Of a DNA stretch of 64,000 bases, positions 18,297 to 26,950 are shown piece by piece (the stretch's first letter is position 1; the number at the start of each line of letters is the position of its first letter). The notes under the pieces were generated by a model. That model saw only the letters and a list, made by a program, of their open reading frames with translations, had not been told where the DNA came from and ran no database searches. Source of the DNA: Candidatus Sericytochromatia bacterium (GTDB lineage Bacteria; Cyanobacteriota; Sericytochromatia; UBA7694); contig JBBKWI010000108.1 of assembly GCA_037968875.1 (NCBI GenBank), positions 2,305 through 66,304 of the forward strand. Reading direction: 5' to 3'. Both the position numbers and the translations under genes were made by a program.

Positions 18297-18839
18297 GTGC
18301 TCGTGGCAGCTTTTTTACTAAATATTCTCGGCAAAAATCGAACCGGCATGGTGGCTGATGTTAGCCGTTGCTTGCAAGCGCACGGGGTCAATATTTCAGA
18401 CTCTAGCATGACCAGTTTGCGCTCCGCCTTTACGATGATGATGGTGCTTGAGACACCCCCAGATCTTGATCAACAACGCTTTGAAATCGATTTGCAAAAC
18501 CTGGAGAACAGAGGGCTAAACTTGCATCTGAGCCCCATGAGCACTGAGGAGGCCACGGCCAGCACCCCTTTGCCCAATTACAGTCTCTCAGTGCTTGGGG
18601 CCGACAAAACGGGCATCGTTTACCCTTTTACAGAACTACTCAGCCAATATCAAATCAATCTGACAGACGTCAATACCCGGCTGTTGGGAACATCAGAGTC
18701 TCCAATCTACGCCATGATCATGGAAATGGAACTGCCGTCAGACTGTGACCCAGGGGATTTTAAGCAAGCACTCACGCAATTGGCTCAGGAGCTGACAGTG
18801 GATGCCACTTTACACCCCATCGAAACGGCGACTCTTTAG
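18297..18839 (+). CDS. Tandem ACT-domain protein (GcvR-like)
   Basis: GKNRTGMVADVS...NISDSSM and GADKTGIVYPFT...NLTDV ACT repeats. Confidence 0.85.
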   Translation: MLVAAFLLNILGKNRTGMVADVSRCLQAHGVNISDSSMTSLRSAFTMMMVLETPPDLDQQRFEIDLQNLENRGLNLHLSPMSTEEATASTPLPNYSLSVLGADKTGIVYPFTELLSQYQINLTDVNTRLLGTSESPIYAMIMEMELPSDCDPGDFKQALTQLAQELTVDATLHPIETATL

Positions 18840-19402
18840 TGGCGATTCGCCCGGTTTTAGAATATCCGCATCCCTGTTTACGTCAGCTCAGCCTGCCGGT
18901 GCAGGATCTGGCTGCAGCCCAGCCAGTGGTCGACGATCTCTTAGATACGATGATCGCTGCCGGGCATTCGGTGGGCATCGCTGCTCCCCAGATTGGGGTT
19001 AATTTGCGGATTGTGGTGATGGATTGCTCTGATAAAGTCAAAAATAGCCTGGGGCAACTTGTCCTGATTAATCCAGAACTGATCGCTCTCGAAGGGGAGT
19101 ACAGTATGCGAGAAGGCTGTATGTCATTGCCTGACTATCTGGGCACGGTCTCACGCCCGCGACGGGTTACTGTGCGGGCCTTAACTCGTGACGGGGAAAC
19201 TGTGGAAATTCTGGCGAAAAAATTTGAGGCTATGGTTATTCAGCACGAAATAGACCATTTGGATGGCATTTTATTTATTGATAGGGTCTCTTCTTTGAAA
19301 ACAGATCTGCTCCGCCGCCAGCCACCCCAAGTAAAAGCGGCTGTAGAATCGAGCGATTGCGTTGGAGCGAGCGAACCTTTTCCTGGGGTCCAGCCGGGTT
19401 AA
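18839..19402 (+). CDS. def: Peptide deformylase
   Basis: GIAAPQIG, EGCMS and QHEIDHLDG motifs; GTG start overlaps the upstream stop. Confidence 0.95.
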   Translation: MAIRPVLEYPHPCLRQLSLPVQDLAAAQPVVDDLLDTMIAAGHSVGIAAPQIGVNLRIVVMDCSDKVKNSLGQLVLINPELIALEGEYSMREGCMSLPDYLGTVSRPRRVTVRALTRDGETVEILAKKFEAMVIQHEIDHLDGILFIDRVSSLKTDLLRRQPPQVKAAVESSDCVGASEPFPGVQPG

Positions 19403-19477
19403 GTTTTAAACATTCCACAGCTTTTTTGCGTCTCCCTGTGTCTGTCGTACACTCATTCAGGCTGAAATTTCGTTACA

Positions 19478-20896
19478 ATGGCCGATATGAAAGCCATTTT
19501 TAATTGTCGCCCGGCTCAACTGAATACCTCGCCGATTCCTTTAGCTGACAGTGCCTATTTAACCAAACTCTGCAATAAACCCTTTATTGAATACTGGTTG
19601 GATATGTGTGTCTGGCTGGGTATTCAAGAGATTCGTTGCATTGAGTATGAGTCCAATCCTGCTCTGCGACAGTTTCTGGGTACAGGTCAAGATTGGGGCC
19701 TCCGTATTTCGAGTCTGCAGGGCGATGTTTCTGATGTGATCCCCGATCTCTTTGCCAAAAATCGCGATTTTTTAGATCAAGATCTGATTCTCTTTGATGG
19801 GCTGATCTTCCCATTTTATGATCGGCGCTTGCTAAAGCCTTTTCAACCAGATGCTCAGGCCCAGATATTCTCCCTGGAAACAGGCAATATGCATTTGCAG
19901 GATAGCCTGATGTTGTTTAGCCAACATACTCTGGGTGTCTTATTGCAAGCCCGCGATGAACAGGAGCGCTTTGAGCGTTGGACCACTTTACCCCTGGATT
20001 TCTATCCAGATTTAAGCTTTCAGATTTTGCGCCCCCAGACGCTTTGGGACTATTTCCAACTCAATTTACAGATTTTGGAGCAGCATCAGCGCTTTCACTT
20101 AAAAGGTTTTGAGGTCGCACCGGGTGTCTTTGAAGGGATCAATAATGAAATTAAAGAACGCCCGGCCCTGGGCAGTCCGCTCTTAACAGGGGCAGATTGC
20201 CAGTTGAGTTCAGATCTCAAGCTGAGCTCGGTGGTCTTACATGATCATGTGCGGATTGAGGCTCCGGCGAGCTTAGCGCGTTGTCTGGTTTGGGGGCCTG
20301 TTTATCTTAGTGGCGTGACACTTCAGGACCGCATTATTTATCACCAGAATCTGATTGATCCCCAGGATGGTCGGCAAACAGCACTGGAGCAGCCTTATTT
20401 ACTGAAGCAAATCATGGAAGACTCTCAACGGCGCCAGGCTCAGAATCAGCAAGATGCTCGCCTGGTTCGGCGCTTGCTATTGACACGCTGGCCTTTGTAT
20501 CAACTCTTACGCTGGGCCGTGCCGTTTAGCTTACGCAAATTTTATCTGAATACCCATGGCGAAACCCTCAATTTGCCAGTGTTTGAAAAGCCTGAATCAG
20601 CCAATTTATTCCAGCAATTATTTTTTGATAAAGGCTTGCAATGGGTTCCCTTTTTGTTAGCCGTGCAAGCGCAGCGGGTCTTATTGGTAGGGACACGTTT
20701 AATACCTGCTGAAGCTCAGTATTTGAAGTTGATGCAAAGTTTGCCCGTGTATGCGCCGGGAGTGTTTTCACATACGCAGCATTTGCCTTTGAATTCACAG
20801 GCCCATTGGATGGAGGAATTGCATTATGCCAGTCATGTGACTAAAAGCTGGAATACCCAAATCTGGGAACAAGAGCTCCTGGCTGAAAAGAATTAA
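19478..20896 (+). CDS. Degenerate NDP-sugar synthase-like, LbH and bacterial sugar-transferase-like fusion
   Basis: NKPFIEY and I.YSLQ nucleotidyltransferase-like N-terminus without GxGTR; short beta-helix; C-terminal LVGTR...APGVF...EELHY resembling LVGPRP...KPGITG...LDLYY. Confidence 0.6.
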   Translation: MADMKAIFNCRPAQLNTSPIPLADSAYLTKLCNKPFIEYWLDMCVWLGIQEIRCIEYESNPALRQFLGTGQDWGLRISSLQGDVSDVIPDLFAKNRDFLDQDLILFDGLIFPFYDRRLLKPFQPDAQAQIFSLETGNMHLQDSLMLFSQHTLGVLLQARDEQERFERWTTLPLDFYPDLSFQILRPQTLWDYFQLNLQILEQHQRFHLKGFEVAPGVFEGINNEIKERPALGSPLLTGADCQLSSDLKLSSVVLHDHVRIEAPASLARCLVWGPVYLSGVTLQDRIIYHQNLIDPQDGRQTALEQPYLLKQIMEDSQRRQAQNQQDARLVRRLLLTRWPLYQLLRWAVPFSLRKFYLNTHGETLNLPVFEKPESANLFQQLFFDKGLQWVPFLLAVQAQRVLLVGTRLIPAEAQYLKLMQSLPVYAPGVFSHTQHLPLNSQAHWMEELHYASHVTKSWNTQIWEQELLAEKN

Positions 20897-21339
20897 TAGC
20901 CTCGGCCGACGCTCTGGCCCTGGGCATGGGGATAAATAGGTGCGCCAAAGGCGACGAAATTTTGGCGAGGTACGCTGTAGTTCCTAATCAGGCCCCGTTC
21001 TTCAGGGTAGCGTTGAAACAGCTGAGACAACTCGCCCTGTATGCCATAAGGGCTCCACTGGTACTCAAAATAGCCATTCTTGTTCTGATCAAGCTGACTT
21101 AAGAGTTGCTCGACTTCTGTGGTCGTCACTTCTTGATTGTGATCCGTATCGGCCTGGGAAAACAAGCGCTGCATGGATACCCAAGAAAACGTGACTTGAT
21201 CGTAATGTAGACCGGGCTGTACGGTTTGCTCAAGTCTTTCGGCTTCATAGCCTGGCCCTTGTTTGAGAGATATATTACCATTGCGGTTGGTGTCATATTG
21301 ATAGAACAACTGTTGGGTAATTTCTCGGATAGCAACCAT
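20893..21339 (-). CDS. EF-hand-like calcium-binding protein
   Basis: Loops DTNRNGNIS, DTDHNQEVTTTE and DQNKNGYFE. Confidence 0.7.
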   Translation of the reverse strand: MVAIREITQQLFYQYDTNRNGNISLKQGPGYEAERLEQTVQPGLHYDQVTFSWVSMQRLFSQADTDHNQEVTTTEVEQLLSQLDQNKNGYFEYQWSPYGIQGELSQLFQRYPEERGLIRNYSVPRQNFVAFGAPIYPHAQGQSVGRGY

Positions 21340-21538
21340 AAAACTGACCTTTAACGACCTTTAGATTAAGTAATGATTAAATTATATAGGCTAATTAGGT
21401 TAAGGTCAATAGCCTATAGGTTATATATAGAATTAATTTGTTGTTTTTGTCAAATTTTAGCGTTTAATCTATCGTCTTCAAAACGTTAAGTTCGTCTCAA
21501 ATCCATAAACCGTCTTACTTCTAGCCAGTGAATATGCT

Positions 21539-22483
21539 ATGCTTTCAGCCGAGAAAAAAACAATGAAACTGATAGATAACGAACTTTTTAAAGTCGATAA
21601 AATTTCCCTGCGTGGACCGGGCGTCGTGATACTCACCGGCCCCTCTTCTTGCGGTAAGGGGGAAGTAGCAGCCGCCTTATCGCGAATTATGAGTCTGCCA
21701 GATTTTGCCCATTTATCAATGGGAGAGATTCTGCGCTCAACAATTTCCAGTTCCAAAAATGATCCCGAATATGCCACTCTTTTGGCAGACCATTATCAGA
21801 TTTCTAAATCACTCAATATCTTTGACTGCCTCGATACTTCTCCAGAATTGACCCATAAAGTCAATAAACACCTACCTGCAATGCAGGCTTATTTCAAAAA
21901 AGATGATATGTCCGCTTTTACCTCTCAACTTGAATGGCTAGAATATTGCACCATGAATGGTTTATTGGTCCCTGATCGCTGGACTCAAAACTTTATCGCC
22001 GCTCATATCGAGCACAACACCACTTTTCGCTCCCAGCCTTTTGTCATCGATGGTTATCCGCGTACGGTAGCTGCCGCTGAGCATCTGCTGCAATTTTTGG
22101 CCTCTCAGGAGATTCCTGTGATCAAGGTCATTCATTTGAGCATCAGTAAGCAAGAAATGATCGTGCGCGCCCGCTCTCGGGGACGCGCTGATGATGACAG
22201 CGCTTCGCTGGTTTCTCGCTTTAACTTTTATATCGAAAATGTGCAGCCCAGTGTCGATTATATGAAAACTGAATTGGGCTCAGAAACAATCGCCCTGATT
22301 GATGCCCATCAACCGATCTATGATCTCAATAATGAAGGCCAGAAAAAACTCAATCTGCCCCGCTCGATCGCCAAAGTGGCGGCTTCTGCTCTGCGCACCC
22401 TGGGTATTCCTCGTGTCATCGTGCGTGACCTGATCGAAGAATTGATCCAGGAACGCCTGCAAGCAGCGCAAAAAACGACTTAA
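21539..22483 (+). CDS. Adenylate/NMP kinase family protein with a large insertion
   Basis: GPSSCGKG P-loop, HLSMGEILR, LLVPD, IDGYPRT, short LID RGRADDD. Confidence 0.8.
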   Translation: MLSAEKKTMKLIDNELFKVDKISLRGPGVVILTGPSSCGKGEVAAALSRIMSLPDFAHLSMGEILRSTISSSKNDPEYATLLADHYQISKSLNIFDCLDTSPELTHKVNKHLPAMQAYFKKDDMSAFTSQLEWLEYCTMNGLLVPDRWTQNFIAAHIEHNTTFRSQPFVIDGYPRTVAAAEHLLQFLASQEIPVIKVIHLSISKQEMIVRARSRGRADDDSASLVSRFNFYIENVQPSVDYMKTELGSETIALIDAHQPIYDLNNEGQKKLNLPRSIAKVAASALRTLGIPRVIVRDLIEELIQERLQAAQKTT

Positions 22484-22498
22484 GCAGGCTTTGTTTTG

Positions 22499-23017
22499 TT
22501 AGCCACTGCGCAAGTCTTGTAAGGTCTGCTGAAGTTTATGGCTCAGGCTTCTCAACTCATTTTCTGAATGGCCTTCCCCGAAATGATACACGGCCTGTCC
22601 GGTTTGAATCGGCAGGACGAAAATGATTTGTTTTCCCTTTTGTATGTGCAAAGGCTCCAGAAATTTCAGCTCAGATAGAGGGCCTGCGCGCAAGACTTTT
22701 TGTTTGAATAAAGACTTATTTTCTAAACGATAGCCCTCAGTTGATAATGCGATGGCGACAATCTTGTAGTGGCGACCCAGAACTTGAAACAGACCAAGAG
22801 GGAGCAGCGCCAATAGTGGTAAGGCCCAAAATTCAGGGGTGACTCGGGTCATCATGTGTATGGTAAAGACTCCTATTAAAACAACGAATAACCAGAGCAA
22901 AGACTGGGAATTAAAGATCGGAGACTCTAGCCTTATTTCGGTTTTGTTATCTGTAAAACGCATTTTCCAGAGCGGGCGTTTATTGACGCTCCGGGGCTTC
23001 TGAATCTCAGATGGCAT
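22499..23017 (-). CDS. Hypothetical membrane protein (two TM plus a beta/PH-like tail)
   Basis: Two hydrophobic segments; SD-like GGAG upstream. Confidence 0.6.
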   Translation of the reverse strand: MPSEIQKPRSVNKRPLWKMRFTDNKTEIRLESPIFNSQSLLWLFVVLIGVFTIHMMTRVTPEFWALPLLALLPLGLFQVLGRHYKIVAIALSTEGYRLENKSLFKQKVLRAGPLSELKFLEPLHIQKGKQIIFVLPIQTGQAVYHFGEGHSENELRSLSHKLQQTLQDLRSG

Positions 23018-23221
23018 TTGTGATCTCCTGAATTATCAAGAGCATATTAAATATTCTCCCTGGTTTGATGTTTTTAAAGTTTGCAGGCTCAATTTGAGTC
23101 ATATAGATCAAACATGTTAGGAAGTATACCTATATCGTTTTAAGTGTACGGTTCCTGAGTGTTCTGAAGCCAATTTAGCTGGAACCTATGGCACAATGAA
23201 CAAAAATTATAGGTAGTAAAC

Positions 23222-23788
23222 ATGCAAGACGTCAATCATGATCAAATCTTTGAAAAAGAGGATCACAGTAGCGCTCTGTTTAATCAGCTAGAGTTTTATC
23301 GCTGTCATTTCAAAAAATGTAATTTTAGTTCAGCGATTTTTCGAGATTGCAGTTTTGAAGCCTGTCAGTTTGAAGCCTGTGATTTATCTAATACAGATAT
23401 AGATGGGAGTTCTTTTTTGGGCTCGCATTTTAGTGACTCTAAATTGATCGGCATCCAGTGGCAAAAGGCAGGGCTCTCGCTGGACGTCTCTTTTAGCACT
23501 TGCGTGCTCAGCTATGGCTCTTTTTTTATGCGCAAATTGCAAGGGCTGCAAATGATTGATTGTATCGCTACCGAAGTCGATTTTACAGAAGCCAATCTGC
23601 GCCAGGCCAATTTCTCAGGCAGCCAACTCAGTGGCGCGCGTTTTTTAAAAACCCAATTGCAGGCGGCAGACTTTTCAGAAGCCAGGGATTATTTTATCGA
23701 TCTCAGTGTCAACAAAGCCGACAAAGCTATTTTTTCGCTGCCTGAAGCAGCCTCACTACTCAGAGTCTTTAATATTGTGTTGAAATAA
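23222..23788 (+). CDS. Pentapeptide repeat protein
   Basis: C.F..C.F..A.F repeats, e.g. CNFSSAIFRDCSFEACQFEACDLS and ANLRQANFSGSQLSGARF. Confidence 0.92.
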   Translation: MQDVNHDQIFEKEDHSSALFNQLEFYRCHFKKCNFSSAIFRDCSFEACQFEACDLSNTDIDGSSFLGSHFSDSKLIGIQWQKAGLSLDVSFSTCVLSYGSFFMRKLQGLQMIDCIATEVDFTEANLRQANFSGSQLSGARFLKTQLQAADFSEARDYFIDLSVNKADKAIFSLPEAASLLRVFNIVLK

Positions 23789-23862
23789 GTCTAAACGAGT
23801 GGATCAGCAGCAGGGTTCATGCTGCTGAGAGGCTTGTCTATTGCCCTGACTGTTAAGCCCGG

Positions 23863-24537
23863 TTAAGCCTGAGCTGCCGTCAGCCTGGCTACGACCCACT
23901 CACGGATTGCAACAATCTGACTCTCACAGACCTGATGCTGCATCGGGTACTCTTGCCATTGGAGCTGAAAGCCTGCTGCTTGCAGACTTTTGGCGGAACG
24001 CTGGCCAAGCGGGTATTGCACCACTGGATCCTGAGTGCCATGCTGCATTAAGATCGGCGTCTGCTGATTGGGGTGACCAGCAGCACCTGCTGGATCATGT
24101 AGGGTGTAAGTGGACATTGCCAGACAGCCGCCTACCGTCTGAGGCAGGGTCAAGAAGCTTTCGAGTGCGATGGCACCCCCTTGCGAGAAACCCGCCAGCA
24201 AGAGCTGTTGAGCATTGACTTCTTTCAGGGCCTCTTGCAGTAAGTCAGCCACCATCTTTACACTGATTTTGACTTGCTCTTCATTTACAATCCGTGACTC
24301 GGCCATCGCCAGGATATCGTACCAGGAAGGTACCCGTTCGCCGCCAGCGATTGTCAGGGGGCGCATCGGCGCATGAGGCAAAATCACTTTCAAGTTAAAA
24401 GCGCTCTGGCGCGTGAATTCTGGGATCAAATCGGCAAAATCGTAGCCATTGGCGCCTAAGCCATGTAAAAGCACCATCACGCCATCGACAGGCGCGTCAG
24501 CGCTGCGGGAATATCTAATCAAAGGGGATTCTGTCAT
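23863..24537 (-). CDS. Phospholipase/carboxylesterase (alpha/beta hydrolase, acyl-protein thioesterase-like)
   Basis: LHGLGA, GFSQGG nucleophile, HGTQD and H(Q)V triad motifs. Confidence 0.92.
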   Translation of the reverse strand: MTESPLIRYSRSADAPVDGVMVLLHGLGANGYDFADLIPEFTRQSAFNLKVILPHAPMRPLTIAGGERVPSWYDILAMAESRIVNEEQVKISVKMVADLLQEALKEVNAQQLLLAGFSQGGAIALESFLTLPQTVGGCLAMSTYTLHDPAGAAGHPNQQTPILMQHGTQDPVVQYPLGQRSAKSLQAAGFQLQWQEYPMQHQVCESQIVAIREWVVARLTAAQA

Positions 24538-25577
24538 TAGCTGTCAAAGCTCATATTCTGTAAAAAGTTTTCGCCTTCAGCGGCAGGTAGGATCAATTTG
24601 TTTGTGGTATCACGCACCATCAAAAAATCTGAAGTTAATTTTTTAAAGCCCAGGCTTTTGATGGCGTCCAATTTGGCGCGTTGGGGTTCATAAGCGCCGA
24701 TCAAGACCGGGTTGATACTGACCTTGGCCAATTGTTGTAACGCAAATTTGAGCAGTGGCTCAGCCAGATCACCATAGCCAGGGCTGAGGGTCAACTGGAT
24801 CACATGGGGAAGATTGCGCAATTGGGCATACATATCCAGGTGGGCAGCCAGGCAACCGCGCTGGCTGTCTTCGACTACCCAATGGATCGTTTCTGAACGT
24901 TTGAGTGACTTTTTTAGCCATTCGGTGCCTTGCTGCATCGGCGTCAGGGCAAAGTCAGCCGGGCTGCGATCGTCTACAACCCGGATATAAGGGGGGATCG
25001 TCGATTGGTAGAGTTCCCAGATCGCCTCCGTATCGCTGGCCTTGCGTTCACGCAAGCCCGGATGGACTTCCGGGCTGTCCATTTCACGGTACTGAGCCAG
25101 GGTTCTGGGTGGCATCTTATAATAATAAAGACTCGAGTAGCGTCGAAAGGCCAGCTTCTCATAGAGTTTGATAGCCGGGGCATTGCTGGTGTCCACTTCC
25201 AGAGTGAAACGCATGGCGCCCCGCTTAGAATACCAGGCAAAGGTCTCGTTGAGCAGAGTCTGGGCAATGCCTTTGCCCCTGAAATTAGGGTGCACAGCTA
25301 TATTGTCTACATGCCAACGGGTTTGGCTATGATTGCGTGGCGACATTTGCGCCATGCCCGCGATCTCCCCTTCCGACTCAGCGACATGTACTGTAAATAG
25401 ATGCTGGTATGGATTGGGAAAGAGTGACAGCAGCTTGACGAGTGGATAGACCGACTCAATTTTTTCAATTTTGCGTACGATATCGACTTCGCGCTGCTGA
25501 TACTCTTCGGTAAAGGAGAGCTCAAAGATTTCTTTGATGCCCTCAAAATCCCGCTTGCGGGCCTGGCGTGTCTTCAT
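24537..25577 (-). CDS. Tandem-domain GNAT N-acetyltransferase
   Basis: VHPNFRGKGIA motif A; LEVDTSNAPAIKLY motif B; second degenerate GNAT domain. Confidence 0.88.
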   Translation of the reverse strand: MKTRQARKRDFEGIKEIFELSFTEEYQQREVDIVRKIEKIESVYPLVKLLSLFPNPYQHLFTVHVAESEGEIAGMAQMSPRNHSQTRWHVDNIAVHPNFRGKGIAQTLLNETFAWYSKRGAMRFTLEVDTSNAPAIKLYEKLAFRRYSSLYYYKMPPRTLAQYREMDSPEVHPGLRERKASDTEAIWELYQSTIPPYIRVVDDRSPADFALTPMQQGTEWLKKSLKRSETIHWVVEDSQRGCLAAHLDMYAQLRNLPHVIQLTLSPGYGDLAEPLLKFALQQLAKVSINPVLIGAYEPQRAKLDAIKSLGFKKLTSDFLMVRDTTNKLILPAAEGENFLQNMSFDS

Positions 25578-26779
25578 GCCGGCGACTCAGACTCCACACT
25601 GGCTTCAGCCAGACGCACCACGACGATCGGAGTTTGCTCAGCTGAATTACCCGATGGATTGGAGAGCAAGGCGCTGATCAAGGCTTTAACATCGACTCCT
25701 TTGGTAGCAGCCATAATCGCAGCACGTTTGAGATTATTGACATCGGCAATCGCAGCGTCAAGACCTGTACGGGCTTTGACTTCGTTGACCACCGATTGGG
25801 AATGAGCCGGGCCCATCACAATGTATTTATCAAAGGGAGGCATCGTACCGGTGATGTCGTCAACCAACTCAGAAGGCATACCAGCGATGCGGTAGAGCCA
25901 GCCAGGTTTGCCCAAGACCTTCATGATCGCGCCGACTTTCATGGCAGTTAACATGCGCAGCAGGCCGACTTCATTGATGGCGGTTTGCATGCCATAACGC
26001 GAAGAAAGTGAGCCCATATTGGGGATCATATAGCACAGGCGGCTGGCCCAATAGCCTGGTTTTACATGCTCATCAGGGATCAGGTAACGGCGCTGGGTAA
26101 TTGCTACTACAGACTCAGCCATGACGACAATGTCTCCAGGCTGAGCCACAGGGGTCACATATTTGGCGATTACATCGGCCATATTGTCAGCATCGGTCAA
26201 GATATGGGTCTTGATCGGTTGCAATATGAAATTGCCTTCTTGGATCGCTTCTGGCTGTTGCAGGCTTTCTTGCTGATGGGGGATCAAAATAACTTCTTCG
26301 TAGCGCTGCTTTTTGGCGTCGCGGCTATAGGTTACATAATTGAGCTGAATCACGACAGCATGCAGATCTGCGATCCGTTCGAGATCGCCTTTAAACTCGA
26401 CGGCCAATTCAAATTCCAGCGTGCTCTGGGGTGTTAAAATATAAGCTGGCCAGTAGCCGTCTTCACGGGTTTCTTTATGCCAGGGGCGCACCATTGCTGA
26501 GATCTGCAGATCTTCTGAATTGGGCAGCGTTTTTTTACCGAGTACCCGCACGCTGGCGACGACATCGACGACGGTCGATTCAAATTGGGTTGAGAAATTG
26601 CGAATCGGGATATTGGTGCGGTAAACACGATGCGTGTCGCTGAAGTTATGGGTGCGCCAGGGGTGGCGCTGGGCGGGCAGCATCAAACAGGGCTTGGTTT
26701 CTTTCTGGCGATACCAGGCCTCAAATAGGCCAAAGGCCGTTCCGCCTCCAAGTAAAGCACCCCAAAGTAATTTTTTCAT
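25574..26779 (-). CDS. Membrane-anchored CofE (F420-0:gamma-glutamyl ligase)-like protein
   Basis: N-terminal hydrophobic segment; C-terminal KTHIL...PGDIVVMAESVVAITQ, DDITGT..P.D, AAIADVN and EQTPIVVVR of the F420_ligase fold. Confidence 0.75.
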   Translation of the reverse strand: MKKLLWGALLGGGTAFGLFEAWYRQKETKPCLMLPAQRHPWRTHNFSDTHRVYRTNIPIRNFSTQFESTVVDVVASVRVLGKKTLPNSEDLQISAMVRPWHKETREDGYWPAYILTPQSTLEFELAVEFKGDLERIADLHAVVIQLNYVTYSRDAKKQRYEEVILIPHQQESLQQPEAIQEGNFILQPIKTHILTDADNMADVIAKYVTPVAQPGDIVVMAESVVAITQRRYLIPDEHVKPGYWASRLCYMIPNMGSLSSRYGMQTAINEVGLLRMLTAMKVGAIMKVLGKPGWLYRIAGMPSELVDDITGTMPPFDKYIVMGPAHSQSVVNEVKARTGLDAAIADVNNLKRAAIMAATKGVDVKALISALLSNPSGNSAEQTPIVVVRLAEASVESESPA

Positions 26780-26950
26780 GAATCGTTCCTCTCTGCTGGC
26801 ATAAGCTCTGGTTTATTATAGCGTATTCATGATCCTACAAGTGAAGAGGAAAGCTCTTCAGGCGCTTGCCAGGGCCAGATGCCACTTGACTAGCGTAAGG
26901 GAAGATCAAGCCGTTTGCCTATCATCAAGGCACACAAGGGTAGGATTGGC

